Positions 1 through 15,804 of a stretch of 64,000 nucleotides of DNA are shown one piece after another. Source of the stretch: Bugula neritina (Eukaryota; Animalia; Bryozoa). The translations under genes were made by a program, and so were the position numbers. The stretch covers positions 7,430,722 to 7,494,721 of the forward strand of contig OZ037766.1 in assembly GCA_964035545.1 (NCBI GenBank). The letters run 5' to 3'. The notes beneath the pieces were generated by a model. That model made no database searches, was not told the DNA's origin, and worked only from the letters and a program-made list of their open reading frames with translations. Position 1 is the stretch's first letter; each line of letters starts with the position of its first letter.

Positions 1-3000
1 ACAGCAATTTTTTGGCATATATATTTTCTTACTTAATACAAGCTAACATCTTAAATAATTAATATTTACATTGATTTTGCTAGCAGAGTTATGCTTCTGC
101 AATATAAAATATTTAACTTATGTTGAATGGATAACACAGCTTGTGTTGGAAAGTTTTCACCAGAAGATGATTATTCTGTCTAAAAAGTGTAAAATTGCTA
201 AATAGTGTTAAAAAAAGCAGTTTCTGTTTTGAGATTGGCGGAAATGGCATTATTGGAAATATTTCTATTTTCAACTAACAATATTACAGTTAGTATCAAA
301 CTGGCTGGAAGCAGAGTGTAGACTAAACCGAAAGCCATGAGACAGAATTATCCCTTCAGCTCCAAGGTAAAGTTGTTTACATTATATCTGGTTATTACAT
401 GATGGCTAATAGCTAGTTGAAAGTATTTTGTATCTCTATCCATCTATCTCTCTTTATGTTAAAAACTGAATTGGGTTCAATAACAAATGATAGTATAATA
501 TAATTTACTTTTGTACAAAGGGTGCTGCGAGATATCATCATCCAGGTTAGACGGAACCTAGATATAAATAGAGTTCTATTATGCAATTAATTTTGGAATT
601 TGCATTTGAATGGTAACATGCTGCTACATTTAAGTGCATTTGACTCGGCGGAAGCAAGTAACTTCCAGTTGTTTGTTTAGTCACTGAAATATTTATCTAC
701 TCATTTTCTGACTAATAAATTTTAAAAGCTTTATGTTTATGTAACAAGCAGAAGAAATTTTAGCGGGTAAAGTGAATCTATACAAATTATGTGCACAAGG
801 TATGTACATAAATGTTCAAACAGATACAATGCCAGCATGTGAGCGTACATCCGTTACAGATTATATTTATGATGCTGAATTTTTACCATGAAAACTTAGA
901 TAATAGAATTGTATCAAGAGTATCATGGTGTGAATCAAGCTAAAACAAACCAGTTGTAGCAATTTGCACTTGATGGTTTATTAACACTTTGACTAATAAA
1001 TAAATGTTGCTGTGGTAGTCTTGGTGACTGAGAACAACAAATTATGAGCAAAAAGTGTTAAAATCCTACAAACATTACGCCCTGGCCAATGATTGGATTA
1101 GAGCTGATGATGTCATAGGTAACTGTCACTGTTGAGTAAATTGTAATATTGTTGTGTCATCTTGCAAAATATGCCCTGAATATCGCACTCAATGTTTTCT
1201 GCTTGGTTATCTTTGTAGCTATTTACAAGTACGTTTTATATTTCACAAATACGTATGCTACTTTCATAGATAAGTAATTTGCTTTGGATTGATTCAAGTT
1301 CAAATTTTGGCAATTTGTTAGGTGGTGAAGCAATTTGTGGGAAAATATTTATTGTTTTATTGATTGCTTGCAGATTAAAATATTATGAGGCTGAGCCTGA
1401 AATTAATCTGTCACATGAATAGGATTGACTTGTGTACAATAATATAGGTTTAAGTTAATATGGATAAATTAGTGGAAGACAAAACTAAAGCAAAAACAAT
1501 CAGACAAATACTTTTTGTACTTGGTATGCTCTAAACAAAAAATAATTATATAGTTTGTAGCTGTAATCAAAGACCTGTCTTATTAGAATTCCTTTATGTT
1601 GGTTCGGAATGGCAATAAATTCTTGCCAATGCATTTATTGTTTTCTTGCAGCAAATAAATTTACCACAAAAAGAATCAAAGCATATATACAGACTTTTCT
1701 AAGTGGCAAAAAATTACTCTTGGAATTAGTCTAAAGTGAAGGTGCAGACACTTTTGTTTTTTCCTGGTTTGTTGGTAAATAATTTTCTGCTGGGTATATA
1801 ATATAATCTTGCTAAATTAGGTTTTTAAATAATAAAAATGGAATAGCTCAATTAAAATTGAATTAAAATTTTATAAAAAGACAATATGTCTGCTTTATTA
1901 TTTAATTTATTTGTACCCATCTAGGCAAATCAAGTGTCCGTAATTTTCAGCTCACATGACAAAAGAATGTAATTAAACTAAATGGATTAGCTCAGTAAAC
2001 TTGTATTACTGGTGAAAGTAATTAAAATGTTTGACTATAATCCAACCAACTATAAGCGGTAGTCAGATCAACATATTGTACTGGTGATAATTTGCAATAT
2101 TAAAGTCAAATAGTTTACATAAACACAGAAGTACACTCTAAAACGTTCTGTTCTGCGCTTACATGTAAATAAAACGCTTCCTACTATATCTTTTACTTAA
2201 ACAAATCACTCTTTTATTTTATACTTACAAAACTATTTGTTACTGATAAAGATATGAGTTGTTTATAATATTTTAACAGGTACTTTTAGATGAGGTATTA
2301 TTATTTGCTTTATATATAATAATATAAACTGTTTGCCAAAAATGTCTTTCATGTAGAACCAAATAAGTATGTACTTTGCGTTGTGGCGCTTAGGGTTTTG
2401 GAGTATAAAGTATATAACTAGCAGTAAGATTTTAACCAACTAAACACATTCTCCTTTTCGCTATCGGTCTACACTAAAAACTTCGAAACTTCCAATTATT
2501 CAATCTGCAGCTTGAATCTAGAATAAACTAAAAGGAAAATAATTTATGACTTTCAGATGACACTTGAGCAAATTGCTGAATCAGAAATATGATAATGACT
2601 AGGAAACAATTCTGGCAATTAGAAGAATTAAGAGACATTACGTGGGCAGTTAATATTGTTAAGGCATTGTGAAAATCAGCAAACAATAATATATTTGCAT
2701 TGTCATTAAAATAATTGAATAGGTAAAATAATATACTTATGATTATGACGGTGCATAATCCAGGCTAATGTCCAATAAAAAGCAAAAAAATGTTATTTTT
2801 GTACAACATATTCATTATAGGCAACAGTATATTTAAAGACATTATTTTACAATTAAAAATAAAAACTTCAAGTCATGCTGATTCATGGGTCAGTCTATAA
2901 GGAAATAGTAAAGAGACCAATAATTTATAAGCAGGGATCATTAAAACTTCCCTACAGCTGTACAAGCAAACAACACCTTTAATAAGGTTCGTAACACCTG

Positions 3001-3559
3001 TGATGTCATACTCTAAATAGTGGAGGCATTTAGTAAATAAACTTTAAATAGGCTTTAAAAGTAATGATTTAGAAAAAGGTAAATTTTTATTTAAAATAGA
3101 TCATTGTACATTAGTAAGAATAGGTACTTGATCACGATTCGGTGTTTTTAAAATTCCGAAGTGGGATCAATTTAAACTGATAGAACTGCCTTACATCATT
3201 TTTTTCTTTTTTATTTTAAATCAGAAGTCGTATTACGTCAAGATAAGCACTAGCCCACTACTCCAAGAATGTGTGAATGTTAGCTATACACACTGCTATG
3301 TTAGCTTGCAATTGTATGACGGTATCACATCCAATAGCTCAGTTTACACTCTTGTCAATGCCATTTAAAAACCATTGCATTATACACAAAAAGTTCTATA
3401 CAGGAAACCCAATTTTAAAAAACAAATCAAAATAAAAAAACTCCACTAAATTTGCATAAAAAATAAGTTTGTTAAAGGAGCAAAATCGGTCACTGCATAA
3501 TATTATGCTCCAAGTAGTGTCCATCCTGAAAGACTTTTATAGATTGTCCTTCATTGAAA

Positions 3560-3625
3560 TTTGGCAAACTTGTACATCATCGATTGACCTTGACTTCTGA
3601 TTACAAAAGATATGAGACTTTAGCC
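3560..3625. mobile_element. Possible decayed non-autonomous repeat (Helentron/HINE-like) fragment
   Basis: Contains 'gaaatttggcaaacttgtacatc' and 'tgaccttgac', wording typical of abundant invertebrate non-autonomous elements. No termini or second copy in the window. Confidence 0.2.
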
Positions 3626-6600
3626 TGTTCACGTGTTAGTGATGCATTCTAGATGGGAGGTGCTGCATATGTCAACTTTTCTTCAGCCCATAAGTAGGCA
3701 TGGCATGCAGTAAAATAAATAAGATCAATCACAAGCACACACATTATATTACAGCTTACTAAATCAGTATATTTTATGTGAAAATAACAATCAAGTAACT
3801 GAAAACAAGACTATTATATTCTGTAAAAAGTTCAAAGGTCAGTTATTTTCACAACAATTGATTATTAATAATATATAAGAGCAATATCTTACAATAATAA
3901 TATATTACATTAGTTAACTTAGTTAACAAATAATGTATTATAATTAAATTGTCTAAATGGTAAGTTATTGCAATATAATTAAAGCAGTTAATGAAATAAA
4001 ATATAAAATTTGTATTTAATACTCGCAGGGCACAATATTCTATTGCACTATAGAGAATAATATGTATTACGGTATCTAACATTATAATGAGGTTAGATAA
4101 TTAAGCTTAACACGTGATTATCTAAAGACAATTTAAAAAGCCAAACTATTTATCACTTTTTCTATTTAACCGAGTATTCTAAGATTATACATGCTAGTAG
4201 TTTAATTAGCATGAAATAGCGCCAGGTAGATGTTTGCAGGTACTATCTCAATCTAAACCCTGCACCACAACTTCCCTAATCCTTTAAATAATAAGGTCAA
4301 CAGGTGTTTTTTAAACCGTGGCCATAAATAAATGTCTATTTTACTTCTGCTCATACTCAAGACGTTGTAAAACTAATTCCAGGGATTTTATTGAAGAAAT
4401 AAGTGAGTTAAATTTGCATATTAATTTTTATAAATACTTATAATAAAGGCATTCCACAGTTAAGCTCCATAATTTACTTTCTAATAAGGATTGTTGCAAT
4501 ACTGCAAGATATTATAATTATTGTAGGCATTGTTCCTATTTCTAAAATACTGACTTTTCATTAATTTTATCATTTATCAGTTTAATAATTGCAGCTTTCA
4601 CTGCATAATTAATGTAAGCTTGACTACTATTTACTATCAGAATTATCATAAATTAAGAACTTACGTTTTAAAACATAAAGACTTACAGATTTTAAACTAA
4701 AAAGTTGTCAAAAACCTTTGTTCCCTGTGCTATGGTGGGTTGAAACTTTTGTAGCATTATATTACTCAGCTGATAGCTATTACTATTAACTACAGAAATT
4801 TTGCGGATGTAAAAATCTACTCACATATTGTTTGTTTAATTTCAACAGTTTGCTTGCATGCATCACAATAATTACATAAATCTTTTGTTAGCAGAGCCCC
4901 ACTATTTCCTTAGTGGCTGCTTTTATAACTTTAATTTTTAATCCTTTAAAAACTTTTTCAGCTAGATGTTTAATTACTTGTTATTTAAAATATGCAAGAG
5001 ACTTTACTGAGGTACTTCCTAATATTATCACAGTTAATAACCAGTCAATTAAAACTACTTTAGTTATTGCATATTAACCTTGTCGTCATAATCTATTCAT
5101 TTTTATCACAAGAACAGGTATAGCTGTCAAGAAGAGTTTTAAAACCCTTATTTAAAAGGTTGGTTGTTTAAATAAGATTAGACATGTAATTAAAAAGTTA
5201 ACCACGAGTACCAAGAGCTCTAATAGTTGGTGTTTTTTACTACGTCTGTGTCTGAAGATTTTAGTTTCCCAGAAAAGGTAAATTTTTGTGGGTTAAAAAG
5301 TTGTTTTTATTCATTTTAGCTCTAGCTCAAACTTTCAGTTCCACATAAACATTAATATTTAATATCCTTCTATATTTCTGAAAAAGTATTATGTATATTA
5401 ACAGTAAGCTAGTTATTAATATTATATCAATGTATTCATTTGTAGCTAAAGTAAGAACAAAATATACTTTAAGCTCATTGCATATAAGTATAGAAAGAAA
5501 GCTTTTAAGATTATCGAAAGGTCAATGTTTAAACAATCTTTCAAACTAAAATTGTTTTGCAAAGAAACGAAATTGGCTATAATAAAATTATTAACTTTTC
5601 ATGTAAATCTAAACTAAATAATAGGAAAATTTGTACGCTGTATGATTATTAGATTGAAAAGTTGATTCCCTCAATAAATATATTTTAATGTAAAAGAATG
5701 GTTTACATAAAAGCTAACATTAATTCAACATATTTTAAGATAAAATAAAATTTTTACGATATCTGGTGTAGTTCAGCATTTCCAAACTATTCATCACATC
5801 TCACAGCAATATTTATGTTAAAACAGTCATGCTTTCTGAGCCTGTGTAAATACAGGATCTTCTGTGACCAGATTGAGGTAGGAGTAGAGAACAAACGAGT
5901 TCTATTTTTACCCAGAAAAAGATGTTCCTTGCCAACACCAAACTAGCCCACCATCAGCTTTTTGGACGCTGTGTCATTCAGAAATTTCTATTCCACTTCA
6001 ACTTACATCATGGCTATAGTGTACATTAATGTAACTGTGAGAGTACAATTAATGATAGGAAGTGTGAGAAAAATGCTAAGTTTTACATCATTTACTTTAT
6101 AATTATGTTCATTAAATAATGTTTGAGTATTGGTCCCTAGTGTATTAAAAATTTCAATAGTTTTCATAGCTTAAAATTTAAAAAATATTTTAAAGCGGTT
6201 TGATTTTGTACAAGCAATAGAATGGTGTGACGATTTAACAGAGTTTGTAAACCCATGGCTGGTATCATTTCTGTTATGCGGTACTAATATTTTAAAACTA
6301 TTGCATTCATATGTAATTATAACAATGTTATGGGACTTTAAAGCATTAGCATATCATAATAATAATGAGCAATGCTGTCCAGGCCACAACACTACTGTGA
6401 ATTATGAGTATCAAAACCAATAAATATATAATAGACAGTCTACACTCAATTTATGTTATAATTTATACTTTAAAAAGCATCAAAATGCATTTAAATACTA
6501 CGTTTGTCAGTTGGACTGCATTGAATAATGTGTATTATGAACATAACTTATGTTAGAAACCGTCTTACGGAAGCTTCAAGGTCAGTCAGTAGTCACTTTC

Positions 6601-9600
6601 GACAGATTTTTGAGCTGCTAACAAAATCAAGTTGCCAAGTGCATAATTATTAATCACCTGATATCAAGTTTATTCTCTATTCTTGGGTTTGCTCAGTGAA
6701 CCAAATAGTCTAAAACATTGTCAGTTGGTTACTTATAGTCATCCATAGCTTGCAAGGTCAGCCAGTGTATTTCCATATATATCTGGCAGCACCATTGGTT
6801 TAAAATTAGTTATCAAGGATGTTAGAGCCTATAATATGGATAGATGGCAATCTGAAGGCTAGCACGCAGCAGTTCATAAACTATTATTAGGCACATTATT
6901 GATATTATAAACTGGACCCTTTTCATTAAAATTTAATAAATTTTTTTTAATAAATCAGAGAATCTTGCGCATCAGGGTAAAAATAGCTCTTAGTAAACAA
7001 TGATCCAGCCTGGCTAAGCTTATAGTACAATACACTGCTCATCCAAGGGTCTAAACCCAACTTTTAGCGTGTTAACTTTTTAGTACTATTTTGTTATTTC
7101 AATTAATCTTGTTATGTATTACTGTGCCAACTATTTAAAATAAATGGTTTTTGATATCACATCTTTCAGTGATGATATGCTGTAAAAAAATTATTCACCA
7201 TTTGGGTTTAGATATTTTTGAATTATGCATTTTATTTGTTGCAAGTTCAGCAACAACTTATTTTGAGCACATTAGTTAGAACACTTTGAATCCAGGGCCG
7301 TGGTTGCTGGCCCAAGTGTTTGCATTGTATTACATGAAAAATAAAATACCAGTTGTCAAAAGGGAATAAAACTGAATCATTACTAGAGATCAGTTCTGGT
7401 AGCTTGAGGGGGGTTGAAACTGCTGCACATGTTCTCATTATCATAATAAAAATAGAAGCTGGCAGTTCTATGCATGTTTTAATTTTCTATTTAGTATTTC
7501 CCTGTTCAGCGAAACGTGTTTTAAATAGGTATAGGATTGTAGTAACTAGGTTATTAATAGACTGGCCATACTAAATGCTGAGTCGTTCTCAAACTTAGTT
7601 GGTCAAAAATGTTGCGTCACTTGCTTAGCTCACAACCTTGTTTTAAGGTTCACTAGAGGCCATACGAAACTTTTAAAAGTTGCCAAGACTCAACGGAATT
7701 GCCAATTTGCTACCTACTGGTATCCCTTTTTAGCTGCGGCTGCTACCGTTATTAATGCGTTCCCATAGCTCTATCTCCCTAAAGCTGTATACTTGAAAGC
7801 AATGTCAGCATCAGCGAATAGAATGCTTCCTTCATCCAACTACACATGTCATTTGAGACGATATACTTTCACCAAATGTTATAAAACTTCAAATTCTAAG
7901 CAAAAAGCTCTCTATTCATCACTATGAAACAAGGATGTAAGAAAGTATTAAGTTTTAATCTCAACTGCATGTGGCCAACATATTTAGACAGAGACTAATT
8001 GCTTCTTGGCTAAGTTTGCACAAAAGTGCATTGCACTCAGGAAAACTTTAATTTCACACCGTCTTTGATTCAATATAAATTTCAAATATGGTTGACAGTC
8101 AATTTCTACTGCAGCACATGTAAACCCCAAATCAGTGGGAAAGTAACCTATCTAAACAAATGGTAAAAAATTTACTCCATGACTGCAAACAGCATCAAGC
8201 CAACAGAATGGTGTATTTCATTTATTGACATAAAAAAACATTTGAGAGATTTTATAACATTTGGTGGGTTGTAGTAGCCTTTTAGTATTATTAGTATTAT
8301 ATCATTTTGTAGTACTGTACAGGCTTAAATTTACTGTGCCCAAAAGCAAGCAGAATGCCATATTTTCAAAATCAATATGAATTGATATTTGACTTAAAAG
8401 CATTTATTTTGAGAGACATATTTTTTAAATTAACTTGATCTAAAAACACAATTTAAGCAAGCAAGCAAGGTTTTCCTCTAAAAAAATAGCAACCAGCAAT
8501 GACTACTATTCTTAAATTAGCACTGTCTGGCCACTGTCGGGTATTGATGCATACTAATAGTGTAATAATTACCTGTAATTTATAAGGATTATTAGCAAAT
8601 TATTTATGTACATTGCATAGGGCATTAAAATTGGTATTATTAAATACCTGTTGAACGTGTTGAACATTTATTCATCCTTTTCTAAGTAGGGAAATATAAT
8701 AAATAAAAGTTAAGGAGTGCAATGTCTACAGGAAACAAACATAATTAATGGTGAAATTTGATTGGGAGATTTTTCAATAGCTTTGTTATTTATGTAATAA
8801 AAATATGTTTCAATGATAGAAAATATTTCACATGTGACTATTTGAGCAATACAACAAACTAGTTAGTTCATTTCATTGATAATAAGTTATAAGACAACAG
8901 AGGGGAAATGCATTTCATTGGACTAATCTATTATCATCATTGAAAATTGAATGTACATATAAATTTTATTGTCACCTTACTATAAAATAGATCTTAGGCT
9001 ATCGTAGTTTTAGGTAAATTTTCAAATACAACATACAATAGAGTTACACATGATGTTGCTGCAAAGAAAGTAGCTCTCCATAAACTTATATTTTTCACAG
9101 ACACAATTTTATCGGCTTTTAATTTATTTTAATAATTTTAATAAACTATATTAGATTCTAAAACCTCCTTTGTAAAGTTGACAGTCTACCCCTCCCACAG
9201 CTACATTCACAACAAAGTTTAATTATTAAATACGAAACTGCCAAATTAGCCTTGACAAAACTAAAATTAGCCTTCATGTTATTTTTCAAAGTTTGCAGTG
9301 GAAGCAATGAGACAGGGCTAATAATAAAACAGAACAATGACTTGTCGATTCGGCAGAATCATTATAAATGTCCTACTTAGTAGGCTACCTTGAAATCATA
9401 CTTATGAGCTAATTTTAGAAACCAGCTGATTTTGTAACAGGACTGCTGTTACTTTACCACAGACTACTCCTCCCACTAGCATTGCCTCTGGTGTCGGAAA
9501 CCTGAATAATGCTCTCCACACATTCATCTTTTGTACCATGCATTGCAGTTCACGATGAACTCAACATGAACATTCGCATAATAATTACGCATTGCAGTAT

Positions 9601-10422
9601 AATTAGAATCTAATAATTAAAATATTGTATGCCTACGCCAAAACAAGTTCCTTTTAACGGAGTAAGTCTGGATATTAACAAAATTAAAAACTACAATTAC
9701 TTTACTAAAGGTTGAAATGAATAGCTAATAGCTTATAGAATATATAATCAGTCATCAAAGATAAAATGTAAATTCAACCAAAGATATTTTACAGGTATTT
9801 AAAAGCATTTAATATCATAAGTTATGGTGTCTAATGCCATCATCCAGCAGTCAAATTCAGCCACTCAGTGGCCAGAATGCGGTCTGAATAAATGAATCAT
9901 TTTATAAGAACATACTGATTGGTGCATAAAAATTTGTCACTTCGTCTGGATTAGCCAAGTTAATTAGCAACTTGTAATATGCTAGATGATACCTTTAACT
10001 TGTCATTTGCTACACACAACTATGCAATGCTTTCAAAATACTTCATATTTTTAATAACTATGCAATAAATCTACTTAAGACTTGAAAAAATGAAATATAC
10101 AATATTATAAGCATTATATACAAAGAATGCACCATAGGATTAGGTTTTTATCAGACATGACTAACTGTTTTTTCTAACAAAATTTCAATTATTGCTTGTA
10201 AAATTGTTCTTCAATTTAATTAACAAATGGAGAGGTGTTGCATGAATAGCATGCATTGCAAGCACGGGTGCACAGTGAATTAGCAAAGGAAAACCAAGGA
10301 AAATGCACCTATACTAACAAGGGCTATAAGTTTACCATATTCTTTGTCAGGCAACCAGAAACTTGACAGCATATACTTTTTCCTTATAATTAGAAATATA
10401 GTTATAAATAATTGGAAATATA

Positions 10423-10873
10423 TGTTAGTGTATATATGCATGCTACAAAGCCTACCTGTTAGTGTATATTATATGCATGCTACAAAGCCTACCTGTTAGT
10501 GTATATATGCATGCTACAAAGCCTACCTGTTAGTGTATATATGCATGCTACAAAACCTACCTGTTAGTGTATATTATATGCATGCTACAAAGCCTACCTG
10601 TTAGTGTATATATGCATGCTACAAAGCCTACCTGTTAGTGTATATATGCATGCTACATAGCCTACCTGTTAGTGTATATATGCATGCTACAAAACCTACC
10701 TGTTAGTGTATATTATATGCATGCTACAAAGCCTACCTGTTAGTGTATATATGCATGCTACAAAGCCTACCTGTTAGTGTATATATGCATGCTACAAAGC
10801 CTACCTGTTAGTGTATATATGCATGCTACAAAGCCTACCTGTTAGTGTATATATGCATGCTACATAGCCTACC
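10423..10873. repeat. 34-bp minisatellite (TGTTAGTGTATATATGCATGCTACAAAGCCTACC), 13 copies
   Basis: Read directly. Units 2, 5 and 9 carry a 3-nt TAT insertion (37 bp); a few point variants. Confidence 0.97.
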
Positions 10874-13800
10874 TGCATGCTACAAGTAGGTGGAAAAATC
10901 GGCAGGTGCAAGCGGGTGGCAGGTTGGTGAAGCGCCAGTCTGTAGGAGGGGCAACATTGGCAGGTATCAGCTCAGTGCTATCAAATGAATGAATCTGGAA
11001 ACAAAACTTGGCACAGCTAGAGTTTTATTCATTGGGAACAAACAAGCACAAGTGTTGCTATAGGACATAATCTGGAAAACTTTGACTAGCAGCCGGGCTG
11101 GTGAGCAAATTTCTAGGAAAAACTCAAAGACAGTGACCAGTAAGACCAACTATAATGATTGTAAGTAAATAGAATTTGGTTAAACAGGAAGAATAAGTAT
11201 TTCAGCTATAAAAATCATTCACGATGAAAATTTAACTAATCTATGTTCTTATTTCTTCATTAAATCAAGTTTATTTGCAATAATTAAAAAGTGAGGCTAT
11301 AGATTGTTTGATTACAATGTAGGACAAGCTGGAATATATCATACATAAGAAGGGGCTGTGCAATGGGGCGAGTAGGTTCACTGTAGTGGGTAGAGAAGTT
11401 GAACTACCAGATGACATTAATTCTAGGTCAGTAGATCAAACCATAGAAGTGCCATTGGTATTGTCAGGAGAACATCTGGTCATATGTAGTCCCATGTCGT
11501 AATAAAACAGCCCTCAACCTGTTGCCAGCAATGTTCAAGTCAAAGTTTTATAACCAGTCTAAAATCCCTAAAGAACTTTGTAACTTGAATGAGCATTGGT
11601 TTTGTGGAAGAACCATCACACAGCTAATTGCTTTTAATATTGTTTATGTTTACAAATGTTTCCAAATTGTTAGGTATTTAATAAGCAGATAATGTTTCAG
11701 TTGAAGAAGGTAAGTGAAGATGTACAGTAAAGCACACATGTGCACTCCATTGTTATGGTAATTAGATCAACACCACCGCAACACATTCATTTCAATCATT
11801 CATTTTAATTATCAATCATTTAAAATACCTTCATTTCAAGAGGAAATTTTCTTAAAACTGAGTAACATTTTGGCTTGAATTCAACTTTGATGTATCGGTA
11901 GCTAGTGCTATGAATAATGAAAGTTATAAAAACATAATATCTTGTTAGAGCGTTAGAAGAGCAAGGTCAGGGCGAGAGGTTGCGGCTATAAGCATTAAAC
12001 TACCATTTCTGAGTAAATTGATAAGCTGTGGAACTGAAGTTGCTAGTGTCAACAGCCACCCTGGCATTCACAAGTGAATTTCACAAAAGCTAATGCTAAA
12101 ATAAATATATAGAAAGTACTTTATAAAGACTAGAAGCCTTGATTAATATTGCATAATAATAATTTACTATGGGCAGATGTGAAAAATTACTTAATTATGT
12201 ACTTCTATACAAACAGTCAAATTTGTGAATTTGTAAAAAAAAATTTCTGAAAGAATGTTTAGTTTATTTTGATAAGCTGAAATGTCCTGATTGTCATAGT
12301 TTCAACATATTTTACTTTAGAAAGTGGCAACCATCTTAAGGGTAATGTGTTTATTAAATGACTCAACTAGCACAGTAATAGGATACAAGTGCACCGATAT
12401 TTCAATTGATGAAATATTTGCTGAAATAAGTAATCAACACACATTAAAAGGCAGACTAAACCCATGTTTTATAATAGTGTTTACTGTTTGCTTTCACAAC
12501 AAGTAATGCCACGCACACAGCTAAGTACAGTTACCTGCTCAGGAAATGCATATTGTTTCACTCGTCTCCGGAATGTTGATTCAACTAAAAACAAAAGTTC
12601 AGAGTATGTAGTTGGCTAATGTTACCTAAAACATCTTCAGGAAAAATTTAGTGTCCTTCCAGAAATTCTCTGGTTAGACGTTTCCCTTGACCTTTGCTAC
12701 CCTTTTGCAGTTAACAAACACATATTATGACCTGAGAAAACATTACTACATAATGTGCATAGATTTGCATGTGTTAATATAGTACAGTTGTTGAGGGCCT
12801 TTGGAACTAAATTCCACAGTTAGAATGAAAAGTATTTTACTTTGAATTGCATAAAAATAACATCAAACATAGCAACCAGACAGCATAAACAGTCATACAA
12901 GATTCTTTTAGATTACACAACAACATTGTTTCTAAATGCGTAAAACTTAGATGTTGAAGCCTGCGTTCTACTTACATATATTTCTAAAAAATGAAAAGAT
13001 ATTGACAGGACAATTCTTGTGACAATTATCCAGCATTTCATAAGAGCCTCTTTCACTAACAACTATGTAACTGTATCCCTTTTATTAAATTATGTAATGT
13101 AATTATTTATTAAATTATGGTGTAATCATGGGTTCGGCTTATATTTGTGTACATGCAAGTTTACCTTCATTTTATAAAACCAGCCAATTTCATATTTTCC
13201 TTATCATATCTTTTCAATTAGTGTCTGGGAAAAGTTTACAAAGAAGTTTTCAAAAGTGTGTGAACATGTATGAATAAGGTTTCACAGCATATTAAAATAT
13301 GTTCCATCGTCTGCAATAGACTAAAAAATAGCTTTTGGAATGTATTGCTTTTTGCTGCATAAATTATTATAGTCAGTTACCAAGATTTCATTGATTATTT
13401 TTTACACTTTTCTGGGAAAGTTGAGACAAATTTATTTGTCTGAGTCACCTACTACCTGAAGATGGCTCAATAAGGGATTAAAATATCAGTTAGCACCCAA
13501 TTAAGACTAGGTAATGTAAAAACAAATGCACTGCAGTTTTTTTGCTTCCGTCAGGAGCTGAATTTTTACAGAGAGTAGGAATTTGTCATGCTGAGGTGTA
13601 TTAGTGAGGAACAAAGCTACTGTGGTCAAGTACACCCTGTCACAATTAATGACTAGCTTGCTCTACTTGACCACGGTGCATTGTTGTACAACAAGGGGCA
13701 GACAATCTTCTGCAGATTATCTAATAGTGAAATAATAAACAGAAAGTTAAAATCTAAAGAATTAATCTGGAAATGCCTTTGAGAAAAATTATTTTCAGGC

Positions 13801-15804
13801 ATATCTAAAAGATGAAAATAACGCATTAAAGTTGAATGCAAATAGAAAATTTCTTTGTAGCATTCATTAGTTGAAAGGAAGTGATGAACATAATCTCAAA
13901 CTAAACTACAGACAAATTCAACTCCAAAAAAGATTTTTCAAAAAAGTGCTACAATAAAAATCCGTACACATGTCTTAGAGTGTTTAAACTATGAAGTATT
14001 AAAGAAAATTTAGTAAGGAGATAAAAGCTCTATAGCCTTAAACTAGGAAATTGCGATAGAAACAGCTAGAGAGTTGTTTTTGTCTTTTCGGCATTTTAAT
14101 ATTTTGATCAGGCTTCACCATAGTCTGAACTTATTTGCCTCATGTAAATATAGATTGCAGCTAAGCCACATGTAGGTAATGATGGTAGCTACAATTAGCT
14201 AGACTAACTGTCACTATACACCGATACCACAACTTATGTAACTTAGCTTTATGCAAAATAGGCTGGAAAATAAAGCACAGCATATCATTGAAAATTATTA
14301 GACGGCCTCATTTGAAAATTCAAGTGAGTCACTGTTCTCAAATTTGCTGTTTAAAAACCAAAAAATTGCCATTTTTAAACATTCAGACAGTCGTGGTAAC
14401 ATCGATTGATGTAAAATTGTTCTCTAGAACATATACAGTGAAAAATTGATTTATTGGAAACAGGTGTTCAAAACTTGAACACATCAGGTCATGACCATTG
14501 CTTCCTTTACAGTGACAAATTTAATTCCTCGTTTCAGGGACGTTTATTCAAAATATAGTTGAGAAATATTCAGAGCAAGGTATATAATTTTTGTGTTAGG
14601 TATTAATTTCTACAAGCGAGAAGTCTTTTTACTCAAATACGAAAGTTTAAATAGCTTTAATTGGCCAATTTTTGATAATTTTGCTGGTAATGGGTTTGAA
14701 TGCCTTTTACACCAAATAGACCAGCAGCATGGTTAAAGTTGAAATCCAGCTTGCTAGATTATGCTGAAAGGTTTTCCTATTGATTGCACGTCCCCTTCTT
14801 CGAAGCTAGTTTTTCAATGGGTGCATTGGGAGTAAAAGTTATTTGATGCTTTTTGTTTAATGTGCGAATGTAGCAGTATAGCCTGCCATAAGTGTCCAGA
14901 CAAGCATGGTGGTGATGGTGACAAGTTTTTTAAAATTATTTTTCTAATACATGAAACTCAAACTAATTAATATTATAAAATTATAATTTTCAGAGGAAAT
15001 TGCAAAAAATTTGCTTGGCATAAGTACGATTCACACTTTCCCATTATAATTAGATATGCAAATTTGTAATTTTGATGCAATTAAATCTATTCTAATGACA
15101 AATAATGACAGTTAAAATGCTGAGAGATCACTTTCAATCTAATAGAAGCAATCAATCAAGCTAAATTAGATATTAACCAGTGCAAATTATTTTCACTACT
15201 AAATCCCCACAATGTTGAATGAAAACTGATATATTTACAAGCTTAGTACATCTCAGTTTACCATTAGACCTTGTCAGTGGGAGAATGACTATTACCTTTG
15301 ATAAATGACAGGATGCTGATTTTTACTTCACTGTGAAGGCACCAAGAGAAATTTTAAGCTACAATTTATGAAAACTCATTTATTCGTTCAGAGCAGCTGT
15401 CCACTATAATGTGGTATTTATTGTTTTAATTGCCTTTAATAATCAATGACCTTCAATATAATAGCTATATAGTATTTCTACTTGTATATTTTCTCAAGTA
15501 AATTAAGATAAGGTGCTTTATGAGTCTTAAATCAAGATAATTATGTTGATACGAAATGGTTCAAACTTTTACTACATCAATTACTCTATGACTTTGCCAG
15601 CAAGAAGTAATACTTATTGGTATTTTGTATACAAAACGACGCAAGTAGTATTATCTTTTCACTGAAATCAAGCGTCAATTACTAGCTGACAGTTATAAGC
15701 AAGTGATTCCAAACTAAAAATATTCAACATTGGGAACTCTCAATAACATTTTCTAATTATAGGCCTTGACAACCGCATAAGAAGAATGGTACGCAGGTGT
15801 GTGC

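Noticed and set aside
290-545. Two plus-strand exon-like pieces giving MRQNYPFSSK|GAARYHHP
   Set aside because: No convincing in-phase continuation and no recognisable homology.
11323-11502. 59-codon open stretch with GLCNG, reminiscent of PIF1/Helitron helicase GLCNGTR
   Set aside because: Flanking residues do not match the helicase motif context and no other helicase motifs are nearby.
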